Source: an uncultured virus (IMG/VR IMGVR_UViG_3300020189_000007) (taxonomy: Duplodnaviria; Heunggongvirae; Uroviricota; Caudoviricetes). Taken from it: 64,000 nucleotides of DNA. The stretch lies in the IMG/VR virus record IMGVR_UViG_3300020189_000007; one strand, given 5' to 3'. The notes under the pieces were generated by a model. The model saw nothing but the letters and a program-made list of their open reading frames with translations, had not been told where the DNA came from and did no database searches. This document shows, piece by piece, positions 47,021-57,200 of the stretch (position 1 is the stretch's first letter; each line of letters begins with the position of its first letter). Made by a program: the position numbers and the translations under genes.

Positions 47021-50000
47021 TATGCAGTGCTCCAGTCTATACTAAGAGAGTCTATGTTTCCTGTCCAGTCTTCATCCGCGACAATTCTAATTATCACGTA
47101 ATCCTGTCTCGACACCGGAGGTGTACTTCCTTCGGTACCATTAGCTGTTGCTCCTTGGAACGAACAATTATTTCTATTTCCGCCGGAATCTATAACTTGG
47201 TCTAGCGTTCCCTTGAGACAACCATCACCGTCTTCATCATTTGACGTATCACCTGGTTTTGCGAGGTCAAGCCACTCTGTTTGTCCGGGTATCTTTACAT
47301 CGACGTGGATATACTTGTTGGCACCCAGCGAACCTGTGGCGAAGGCTCCGCTTCTTGGAATTACCTCTGCATCTCCAGTCATCTCCACAAACATCTCTGG
47401 CAGATCCGAAGCAGTATCATTTCTGAATGCTCTATAATATGCTCTTCTTCCGTTAGAAAGTGTCGAATAGTCAACATTATCATCTGGACCCTGATACAAA
47501 CCGCCCTCTGCAACATTGGCAAAATCACCAGAATTTCCTTTAGCCTTCGGAGAATATAGTTTTCCGTCATATATTAAAAGACCGTTGTCATGTCCTGCGA
47601 CGGAGTTCATGTTAGCTGTCGAATCCCATACGTTTGCTACATCTGTAATGTCTGCCTTCAGGTCATATGAACCAGATATCAGCCGGTAGTACTCTCCAGA
47701 AAAGTTCTCTGTGTCATCTACAGTCGAGGAGTCGCTAGCAGAGAAGATCAAGAAAGTGCTCTTGCTTTGCACAGGAGAATTTAAAGTAGACTTTTGAGGA
47801 TGAAGTACTCTAAAGAATGTTGATACAGAATCAGCATCTTCAGGTAGAGAGTTAGTCAGCGTACAGTTGTAAGAAGCAGTGACATGCATATCACGTGATT
47901 GTGCATCTGATATCGCGGTGTCCAAAGCGGGAAGAGCCACAGTAGAATCGCTAGACACTGTTGTGTTTACATACCCTATTCCGCCGAACTCTATGCTGTT
48001 TATTGTAAGGTTCGTTAAGCTTAAACTTGAGAAAGCGTTAGATGCTCTAGAGTAGATATTGGAGTGAGACCCACTAACTTCAGCCTTCAAGCTACCTGAG
48101 ACGTCCCCTGCTATATTATCGAAGTACTTAACGCCAGATAGATAAAAGACCGTGTCTCCACCGAAGTCATCAAACCCGATATTGGTGAATGACATATTAG
48201 TTGTATAGAAGTCGTTCACCCATTCAACGTATGTCGTCGTTCTGTCTGAGCCGCCTACAGAGTGAATTGCTCTGACATAGTTCCAGCCATTTCTTTGATC
48301 GGCTGCGTCAACATTAAACCGGGCCGTCCTAAACCATTCGTCAAAATCTGGATAATTGTTTGACCCTGTACGTGGTTGTGCTGTTGAGACGTTAGTGAAC
48401 CCGGTACCATTACCATTAACAGATGATGACGCTCCAGAACCAGGGTATCCAGAGCCCGCAAAGGCAGCTAGATCTATTTGAGCAGCTGGTATTTCCGAAC
48501 CATTAACTTCTAACTTAAGAATGCCTGTGTGACCATCTGCGAACCCTCCTGATGAAGAGTCTGTGTTTATGGGACCATCAATATCAGAAGTAAGATCAAA
48601 TATACCAAGCCTCCTCGCATTCGGCGTCCCGTCTAGGTAGTCGTCGTTAGTGTTTGCCGCGCTGCCAACGCCGGCGGAGGATCCTACATTGGTAAAATCT
48701 GTTACGGGCTTCGTTGTTCCAAAGCTTAACTTCGCGTCTATCCCGTCATCTGCTGAAGATATGTCAACCAGATTGGAAGCTGGTGTTGCGTTAGAGTTCG
48801 CAAACGAGATGTCTAATTGGCTTATATTACCTGTCCAGGAAGCATCGGCTAAGACTTTGGCGACGATAAAATCGTTGTTCGCGATGTCATGTGTGCCAAA
48901 CGTACCTCTCACAGTCGTCGTGAATGACCCGGGAGAGTTGTAGACCCGAGCACCTGACCCGTCAGTGTAAGTACCAGATGTGAAAAGTGTTGCCAGGTCC
49001 AGCCACCCAGTTGTATTACCAGAACTGTTGTCGGGAAGCTTAACATAGACTTTCACGTTAGAAGAGTTTAAAGTCCCTGAATCACCGACTATGGACGTAC
49101 CTGATCCATAGAAAGTTAGTGCATACGAATTGGCGGTGCCACCTGATGTATTCTGATATTTTCTGTAGAATGTTCGTGTACCAGTAGTTATGCCCGTATA
49201 GTCCGGATTTCCAGACGGCGCAAAATCAAGGGAGCCCAGGTCGACACTATTTCTAAAATCACCGCTCAACAAAGAGTTTGTTGGAGCCACAAGCTCATCG
49301 TCATAGAACAATAATCCGTCAGTATGACCAGCGTTAGTGCCTGACATATGTAGGGAAGAATCCCAATCGAAAGAGCCACCAGTCACATCTGATTGTAGAT
49401 CATACGATGCCGATTGAACCCTATAGCTCTCCCCTCGGAAGGTCTCAGATGTCGCTGTGGAGTTATCAGTAACATTATACAACAAGAAGCCAGACGCTGT
49501 TGTTGCGCCGCCAGCAGACAGATTTGACTTTAACGGATGAGTAACGTTGATTGAGGCGGCGACAGAGCCGTTCAATAAAGTCTGATCAGTTATTACTGAG
49601 CTTCCTGTTATGGAGAGTACTTTTGAAGAGTCCTCCCCTGATAAGGTGTCTATCGTCGGCTTTGCTTGACTGCTGATGGACAGGTTGGTAGTGTTAAATG
49701 TTATCGCATTCAAGTCATACACAGTTCTATACGCGTTCTCTACATCTACCCTGTATTCCACACTGCCAGATTTGAAGTATTTAACACCTGATAACTCTTT
49801 CAATCCGCCGACATCTACGGCTGTTATCTGATTATTCGTGGCTGTTAAAGGATCAGTGTTAGAGTCTCTCACCCACTCGACGTAATTTGTCAAAGAAGAT
49901 GTTATGTTATTGACAATCTGTACGACGCGAGCGTAATTCCACCCATCTCTCTGGTCGCCGTCAACAACCGTCCACTCTCCGGTCCTGTGTTGAAAGTACG

Positions 50001-53000
50001 TAAACGTCGAGCCGTCACTAAATTTGGCTGAACCAGTCTGCGACAGTTGTGTAAAACCCGACCCATTCGAGTTAACAGTGGTATAAGTTCCTGAGCCTGG
50101 ATCACCTGAACCCACGGTTGTGTCTGTTAATGAAGCCGTGTGAATGATTACACCATTGACTTCTAAAGCTATTTCACCTTTGTTAGCATCTCCAAAAGAG
50201 TAAGCCGGATAATTTACGTTGCCATTCCCGTAATCGGCGGCTGTGACGTGATAATTGAGGGTGCCATCGAAAGTTCTTCCGGCTGTAAAAATACCTTTTC
50301 TAAAATTGCCAGATGAAGTTGTCACACCGTACTGATCATTAACGTCCGCGGCGGTGCCAAGACCCGCAGAGGAACCCACGTTCGTAAATCCTGATGTTGA
50401 AGAGCTAGCTCCAAATGATAGGTAAGCCGTTGTGCCGTTATCATTACAATCTACGGTTGTAAGAGTTGGAGCTGGTGATGGTGCTAATTGCAGTAATATC
50501 TCATTAAATCTATCAACTGCTGTACCGATCGGAGTGCAGTACTCAAGGTCTGTGAACAGACCGTCTGTGTATGTGCCGTCTTCTGCTGCACCAATAACAG
50601 GCTGAACTGTAACTTGACCGCCACCATTGTCAGTTAAACAACTACTGGTAAACACCATCGTCGTCACATTGTTTACAGTAATTCCGCCTGCTTGTGAAAC
50701 AGTATCTACACCTGAACCACCTCCACCAGAAGCAGAAGATGATATAACGAGCTGGCCCGATGATGAGGTCGTTACGCTGATACTTCCGGTCCCGACGATA
50801 TAGGGAGTTATACCATCGCTAAGCGTCTGCAAAGATCCGGATAATCCTGCCTGAAAGATAGCATCACCGGTGAATACAGACCCGGTTAGGGTAGCGACAA
50901 CAGAGTTGTCAATAGAGAACTCTTCACCAGATAACAACAGACCCGTACCAGCAGTGTATACTCTGCCTTCACTACCGCTGATCGTGATTTGACCATTAGA
51001 GGCAGTTGTTATTTCTATGCCTCCTGCTCCAGTTAGGTAAGCTGTCGTTCCGTCTGCTAAAGTCTGTAAAGATCCAGAAAGGCCCGACTGGAAAACAACA
51101 TCTCCACTAAACACTGACCCAGTTAGCGTGGCCACTATCGAATTATCGATTGAAAATTCATTAACTGTTAAGTCGAGTCCTGTACCAGCAGTGTAAATAC
51201 GACCTTCGCTGCCACTAATTGTTATTTGGCCATTGGAGGCGGTGGTAATTTCTATCCCACCCGCTCCAGTCAGGTAGGCTGTCCCGTCTGATAAAGTTTG
51301 TAGTGAGCCAGACAATCCAGACTGAAAGATGACATCTCCGGAGAATACAGCACCGGTCAGGGCAGCGACTATCGAATCATCGATCTGTAGAGTAACGTCG
51401 GAGTCTGTGCCGCCACCCAACAACCCATTACCTGCGTTTACGCTGGTGATATCGCCGATAGCCGACGAAAGGATGAGCTGTCCTGACGACGCGGTTGTTA
51501 TGGAAATGCCACCGATTGTTGTAATGTAAGCAGTCGTTCCGTCAGACAATGTTTGTAGCGAACCAGAGAGACCGGACTGAAAGACGGCATCTCCAGTAAA
51601 TACTGAACCTGTCAGAGTAGCCACGACAGAATTGTCGACTGAAAACTCGTTAGCTGTTAAATCAAGCCCTGTACCAGCTGTATAGATCCTTCCCTCACTG
51701 CCGCTGATCGTAATTTGACCGTTAGAAGAAGTAGAAATCTCTATTCCGCCAGCTCCAGTTAGGTAAGCTGTACCATCCGCTAGAGTTTGTAGTGAACCAG
51801 ATAATCCAGACTGAAAGATAACATCACCCGTGAACACGGAGCCAGTTAAGGTAGCGATGACGGAATTATCTACTTCAAGTGTGACATCAGAATCCGTCCC
51901 ACCTCCTAGTAACCCGTTACCAGCTGTAACGCTGGTGATATCACCAATCGCGGACGACAGGATCAATTGCCCCGATGAGGCAGTTGTTATAGATATTCCA
52001 CCGATCGTGGTAATGTATGCAGTACCGTCTGTTAAAGTTTGCAGAGATCCAGATAGACCGGCCTCAAATACGGCATCTCCACTAAAAACAGATCCCGTTA
52101 AGGTTGCGACAACCGAATTGTCTACAGAGAACTCGTTAGCCGTTAAGTCAAGTCCTGTACCAGCTGTATAGATTCTTCCTTCGCTACCGCTGATTGTTAT
52201 CTGGCCATTAGATGCAGTGGTGACCTCTATCCCGCCTGCACCTGTTAGATAAGCTGTGCCATCCGTCAGAGTCTGCAGTGACCCACTTAGTCCTGACTGG
52301 AACACGACATCGCCGCTAAAAACCGAGCCTGTCAAGGTTGCTACAACCGAATTGTCAATACCTATTGTAAAGGTTGAGCCGGCGCCGGCGTCCAAAGTCT
52401 GGATACCTGTACCTGCCGTTAGTACTCTCTCATTGTCTAGTGATGAGGTAGTAGATAAAACAAGATACTCGGCAGCACTATCGCCGCCACCGCCACCAGA
52501 TGCGGTTGACGATATCGTAATAGAGCCGTCAGAACCTGTTACGATCGTGATGTTATTACCTTCACGGAGGTATGACGAACCGTCAGCGAGCGTCTGTAGA
52601 GATCCAGAAAGTCCTGTTGCGAACAGAGCGTTTCCTTCGACGCCTAATGAACCCGTTATACCTACGTTTCCAGAAAACTGAGAACCTGTAAGAGTCGCGA
52701 CAACGGAGTCATCAATTGCCATCGTGAATGCAGCATTGGCACCGGCGTCCGTAGACTGTAATCCCGTGCCCGCAGTCAATACTCTCTCATTGTCTAGAGA
52801 AGACGTAGTAGACAAAACCAAGTAAGTAGCTTGCGGGTCTCCAACAGGTCCTGTCGTGACCCCAGACGCTTGTAGTTGTCCGGCGCTGTTTAGCGTAATT
52901 GTAGAGTTGTCAAACTTAACAGAAAAAGTTGCAGGATCAGATATCGGGTTTGCATAATTGATGTTTATGGCTTGACCTGCGTTAACAATAGACGTTCGGT

Positions 53001-54273
53001 TCACACTATCGGCTATCGAACCGACCGTGGAGCGAGTCAAAGAGTCTGGGTTAGCACTGTCAGCTATGATAACGTAATCTAGACGATCAGGTGTACCGAC
53101 AGAAGACAGACCATCTGCTGTTACCGCGACTGTCGTGTTTGAGCTACCATCATACGTAAACGACTTAATACCGTCGCCAGCAGTTAGACTACCACCAGGA
53201 GCGAAAGTAGAAGATATCGTGACCTGCCCGCTTGGTGCTGTTGACAGTGAAACGTTGGTTCCTGCAACTAAAAGCGGCGTGCCGGGTGCGATTTGTATTC
53301 CGGCGTTTGCATTAATCGTGCTAGAAAACGTATTCGTTCCAGAAAAAGTGTTCGAGGACGCGAGTGTGGGTATAACACCGGTGTCTATCGCAAACGTTGA
53401 ATTTCCAGAGCCGTCATAAGCAGTACCGGTCAGACCCGTGCCAACAGACACGCTATAACTAGAAGCAAAATTCGCTATATCTTGTATAGTCGTCTTTCTT
53501 GTTCCAGAAGCAGTGGCATCGTAAAATAACACGGAGTCGCCGGCTGCTATTGCGGCGGATGATGCATTACTTGGATCTACAAACACCGCACCGCCAGAGC
53601 TGGTACCTCCGACTATCGCAAGACCTGTTCCAGCATTAACATCAAAGTTGGCATCGGCTTGATTGTCGAATGAAGCGCCGCTCAATCCGTCTCGTGGAGA
53701 AACAGAAAAAGTTAATGCCGAATGTGCGGGGGCGGCAGCAAGCAGATTTGCGACAGATATTTTTTTAACGTCTCTTATATTAGTGGTGTCGCTAGTATCA
53801 TGAATTAACAGATAGTCATTTGAGGCGGGAATAGCTGATAATTCTGTAGCTTGTGTTGGGTTGATAGCCAGTCCATAAGAAGGATGGATCTCAAGTCCTG
53901 TGTTCGTAAAAAGATCAAGGGCAACAGTCGCAGTTCCTGAACCGTCATACGAAAAATTAGTGATTCCGCCAGATGTGCCACCGGTGAGCGCGCCACCTGC
54001 TGAAAGTGCTGCGGTGATGGTGACGCCGCCAGAACTGTCTTCCGTGACAGTGACGTTTCCAGAGCCTTTTATGAACGCGTTTCCAGCAGAGTCAGTTAAG
54101 CGACCCTCAACTTGAGCGTTACCCTTTACAATGAGAGTATTCTTGAACTCTGCATCATCAAGGCCGACCTGGAATGTCTGAGGGGTTATGACTTTTGCGA
54201 TGTTCTGGTTTTTCGTCTGTCTGACGACCAGAAAGTCTTTTTTCCTCAGTTCTGTCCTGTTTTTCTGACTCAT
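47020..54273 (-). CDS. Giant tail fibre / adhesin-like protein (2417 aa)
   Basis: Gly/Ser/Thr-rich with AGTGL-type fibre repeats, a tandem repeat block and a duplicated C-terminal globular region. Confidence 0.75.
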   Translation of the reverse strand: MSQKNRTELRKKDFLVVRQTKNQNIAKVITPQTFQVGLDDAEFKNTLIVKGNAQVEGRLTDSAGNAFIKGSGNVTVTEDSSGGVTITAALSAGGALTGGTSGGITNFSYDGSGTATVALDLFTNTGLEIHPSYGLAINPTQATELSAIPASNDYLLIHDTSDTTNIRDVKKISVANLLAAAPAHSALTFSVSPRDGLSGASFDNQADANFDVNAGTGLAIVGGTSSGGAVFVDPSNASSAAIAAGDSVLFYDATASGTRKTTIQDIANFASSYSVSVGTGLTGTAYDGSGNSTFAIDTGVIPTLASSNTFSGTNTFSSTINANAGIQIAPGTPLLVAGTNVSLSTAPSGQVTISSTFAPGGSLTAGDGIKSFTYDGSSNTTVAVTADGLSSVGTPDRLDYVIIADSANPDSLTRSTVGSIADSVNRTSIVNAGQAININYANPISDPATFSVKFDNSTITLNSAGQLQASGVTTGPVGDPQATYLVLSTTSSLDNERVLTAGTGLQSTDAGANAAFTMAIDDSVVATLTGSQFSGNVGITGSLGVEGNALFATGLSGSLQTLADGSSYLREGNNITIVTGSDGSITISSTASGGGGGDSAAEYLVLSTTSSLDNERVLTAGTGIQTLDAGAGSTFTIGIDNSVVATLTGSVFSGDVVFQSGLSGSLQTLTDGTAYLTGAGGIEVTTASNGQITISGSEGRIYTAGTGLDLTANEFSVDNSVVATLTGSVFSGDAVFEAGLSGSLQTLTDGTAYITTIGGISITTASSGQLILSSAIGDITSVTAGNGLLGGGTDSDVTLEVDNSVIATLTGSVFTGDVIFQSGLSGSLQTLADGTAYLTGAGGIEISTSSNGQITISGSEGRIYTAGTGLDLTANEFSVDNSVVATLTGSVFTGDAVFQSGLSGSLQTLSDGTTAYITTIGGISITTASSGQLILSSAIGDITSVNAGNGLLGGGTDSDVTLQIDDSIVAALTGAVFSGDVIFQSGLSGSLQTLSDGTAYLTGAGGIEITTASNGQITISGSEGRIYTAGTGLDLTVNEFSIDNSIVATLTGSVFSGDVVFQSGLSGSLQTLADGTTAYLTGAGGIEITTASNGQITISGSEGRVYTAGTGLLLSGEEFSIDNSVVATLTGSVFTGDAIFQAGLSGSLQTLSDGITPYIVGTGSISVTTSSSGQLVISSSASGGGGSGVDTVSQAGGITVNNVTTMVFTSSCLTDNGGGQVTVQPVIGAAEDGTYTDGLFTDLEYCTPIGTAVDRFNEILLQLAPSPAPTLTTVDCNDNGTTAYLSFGASSSTSGFTNVGSSAGLGTAADVNDQYGVTTSSGNFRKGIFTAGRTFDGTLNYHVTAADYGNGNVNYPAYSFGDANKGEIALEVNGVIIHTASLTDTTVGSGDPGSGTYTTVNSNGSGFTQLSQTGSAKFSDGSTFTYFQHRTGEWTVVDGDQRDGWNYARVVQIVNNITSSLTNYVEWVRDSNTDPLTATNNQITAVDVGGLKELSGVKYFKSGSVEYRVDVENAYRTVYDLNAITFNTTNLSISSQAKPTIDTLSGEDSSKVLSITGSSVITDQTLLNGSVAASINVTHPLKSNLSAGGATTASGFLLYNVTDNSTATSETFRGESYRVQSASYDLQSDVTGGSFDWDSSLHMSGTNAGHTDGLLFYDDELVAPTNSLLSGDFRNSVDLGSLDFAPSGNPDYTGITTGTRTFYRKYQNTSGGTANSYALTFYGSGTSIVGDSGTLNSSNVKVYVKLPDNSSGNTTGWLDLATLFTSGTYTDGSGARVYNSPGSFTTTVRGTFGTHDIANNDFIVAKVLADASWTGNISQLDISFANSNATPASNLVDISSADDGIDAKLSFGTTKPVTDFTNVGSSAGVGSAANTNDDYLDGTPNARRLGIFDLTSDIDGPINTDSSSGGFADGHTGILKLEVNGSEIPAAQIDLAAFAGSGYPGSGASSSVNGNGTGFTNVSTAQPRTGSNNYPDFDEWFRTARFNVDAADQRNGWNYVRAIHSVGGSDRTTTYVEWVNDFYTTNMSFTNIGFDDFGGDTVFYLSGVKYFDNIAGDVSGSLKAEVSGSHSNIYSRASNAFSSLSLTNLTINSIEFGGIGYVNTTVSSDSTVALPALDTAISDAQSRDMHVTASYNCTLTNSLPEDADSVSTFFRVLHPQKSTLNSPVQSKSTFLIFSASDSSTVDDTENFSGEYYRLISGSYDLKADITDVANVWDSTANMNSVAGHDNGLLIYDGKLYSPKAKGNSGDFANVAEGGLYQGPDDNVDYSTLSNGRRAYYRAFRNDTASDLPEMFVEMTGDAEVIPRSGAFATGSLGANKYIHVDVKIPGQTEWLDLAKPGDTSNDEDGDGCLKGTLDQVIDSGGNRNNCSFQGATANGTEGSTPPVSRQDYVIIRIVADEDWTGNIDSLSIDWSTA
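50730..52830 (-). repeat. Intragenic tandem repeat array of the fibre gene (8 core units, mostly about 235-255 nt apart)
   Basis: Eight copies of [IV]D[DN]S[VI][VI]A[TA]LTG...GLSGSLQTLxDG, counted in the translation. Boundaries approximate. Confidence 0.9.
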
Positions 54274-54297
54274 TCAACCGATCCGTTTAAGTCTGGA

Positions 54298-57200
54298 TCA
54301 TTCAATAGTTACAGACTCAGAATTAATTATTATCTCGCGAAGGACCTCACCCTCAATAAATGGTTTTGTTGACGCTGCAGAAGTAGAGAGATTCAAGCAC
54401 TGCGTCTTTGTTGCATCGTCAATAGGCGCTCCATCAGCGTCTACAAAGATACATGTCACAGCAGCTTCGCTTTCCCCGCGCTTGTTGTATTCATCTCCGA
54501 AGCTGTACACTTTGCCGTACAGACGCTGTTCTAGCATATCTCGGAATTGACCATAATGATCTGCTCTATGGACTGTAGACGGATATAAGTGATCACAGTT
54601 CATGTAGCCATACTTGAAGCCTGCGGGATGAAATCTCGTTGCATTTCCGGAGTTACCAGCCACCACACCATTTATATCCTCTTCGACAAAATTGAAATAG
54701 AACGAGAAGGGATTAAAGTCTAATTGCTTCCTGTTCTGTCGACCATAACCCAACATCGCGGCAGTTACCTTCCTGTATGCCGTTATCGTTCGTGTACTGT
54801 ACATGGGCCCGTAGAAGTCGGAGAGACTTGATGCATTATCGAAATCTGGTACCGTAGTATTCGCCATATTAGTTACCGCGGAGACATGTTGACCCACGCT
54901 CCAAGCCGGGTCGCTAGGCGAAGTGGGGTAATTTTCTTCGACCCACTTCCAGTGATCATAAGGTATTATGTCGCCAGATGATCCAGTGAGAAACCTAACG
55001 AGTGATGGGTCACTTGCGTCTTCGTTATTAAGTTGCAGGGGAGATGACCCTAGGGGATACTGATACATGGCGCTTGACAGCCCAAAGTAGAGGGAATTTG
55101 GTTCGAGGAGAGAGCCAAAACCTAATCTTCTAGGGACGAACGATAGATCTCGTGAAACCAATCTTTTTACGTTAGAATACTTTTCTTCAAAAGGAAAAGA
55201 ATGCGGCCATGCACTAGAAAAAGCGTAGTCTGTGACGAGGTTGATGGTGGCGGTGTCAATATACTCTGCAGTCGTCGGAATTAACCAGTCATTAGGCATA
55301 AACATGTTAATGACAGCGTAGCCTCCTGCTTGTATTCCTTTTCGAACGACCCCGTCTATTTCGCATATATCAAAAGGATCATGCAAAAGCGTGTCATAAA
55401 ACACTTGACTATCTTCAGTCGCTCTGGTGAACCTTTGGAAGCTTCCACTGAATGTTAAGTTACCCGCTGCCAGTGTACCCGCAACGCCTCTATCACCATC
55501 CAACATGCTACCAGTGATGTGTTGAGCCAGGGTATTACCTGTGTACTCATATGCGTTATCAGTTAAGAACTGATCAAGTACAGGGTTGTCATAGTGAAGT
55601 GCTTCGTGCACAGCAGCAGAGCGAAGCTGTTGCTTAGAGCTTGGAGAGTAATGTTTGTTATCACGTAAGAATGAACCGTACAGAACAATCCGGCTGGGAC
55701 CTTTGAGCATCGTCAGGCCGTGACAAGGCTCATAGGGATCTTCTAGGTTCATCAAGCAGTCTTTGTGCGTTCCGTCAACATCGGCGTCTAGGCTTCTTAC
55801 ACGCTCTGTAGCATTTGATTCTTTATAATCCCACGTACCCCATTTATTTGACCACCTGTTGTTCGGTAGTCCAGAGCCGGCATTCCACCCGGGTAAAGAA
55901 GGTTGCACACCTAAAATAAGCTTATCAGACGGCTTTAACACATAGAGAGACTGCTGCGCCTGCTCTGTCGCGATGCTTCCTGTCACTAAAGCCTGATCTT
56001 GAGAGTTATACCTATCCTCGTAATATATTTGTTGGGCTTCGAGGGTTGGGTCGATGGTACCTTCATTCTCTATCCGGCCGTTGCCATGTAAGATGCTTGG
56101 TGTGAATTTTCTCTGAAACTGCGCACCAGACTGGGTCGCAGCAGCGACGTTTCTAAAGAAAACACGGCCAGAGTTAAATCCATCAGCCAGAGGACCAACG
56201 TTATATCCGCCTCGAGATGGTGACATCGTGTACCTTCTGTGGTACCTCTTCGCATGCATAGCGAAGTTAGAGGCAGTTCTGTTTATCCAAGGTATAGCCT
56301 GCTTGCTGGCCGCGCCTGTGGGTGAAAATGGCACAAATATTACACCCGGCGTTCCTTCGACATCACTCAGCTGTGGGCCCCACACATCTTCTGCTGTCAC
56401 AACCCAGTATCCAGAATCATGAGCTGTTGTCGGCGTCACGGTTTTTATTGGCACTTCAAATGTTAAGTTTTCTTCATAGTTTAACCACTGTCTCTTATAC
56501 ACATTAGCGTGCAGTGGAAGAGTGGCATTTTCGCTTCCAGGGATCCCCCAAGGACGATACACTGTGGATGCCGTCATTAACGTAAAGCCAGACCAGTTGT
56601 CATCATAATCTATATTGGTACCTCCGTGCTTTGCGCCTTGACCAATGTAGATATTCTTTTCCTTGCCTAGCCCAGCCTGTAACCAGCCAGTTAACGGGCG
56701 CTCGCCAAGAAAATCCGTTATTTGAGATGGTCTTGAAAGTGGGGGAGTGTCGAAACCACCCCACCACTTAAAATCGGCATATCTTTGGTAGACGGGTGGA
56801 TTACCTACGTTCGTACCGGGAAAACCATCCGCTTCAATACCTGCGGTGATACGGCCAAATAAGTACGGTTGATCACCTGCTGATGTATATCTGATAACAC
56901 CTTCACTATTAATTTCACGATCAACTGCATCTGTCGACCCAATTGGCCACGCCGGAGTAGATATTATTGAAAATCCAGAACCGCCCGGGATTAATGGTTC
57001 AATCTCTCTTTCAGAGGTGCCGGTACCGGCATATTCTTGCATCTGGTTATCAACGGCGTCCCATAAATCCCAAAGACAAGATCCAGACAAGGTTCGGACC
57101 TGCGACTTCTGCACAAGTAACAACGGTTGCCAATTATCCAGAGTATGAGAAACATCGGCGCCACCCGCATGATACGAAGTACCGGTCCACCGAGGGAACG

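Noticed and set aside
50730..52830. Repeat block as a CRISPR array or a diversity-generating retroelement template/variable pair
   Set aside because: The repeats are in-frame coding units with mostly synonymous differences, not repeat-spacer structure or obviously adenine-specific changes. No reverse transcriptase or cas gene is in the window.
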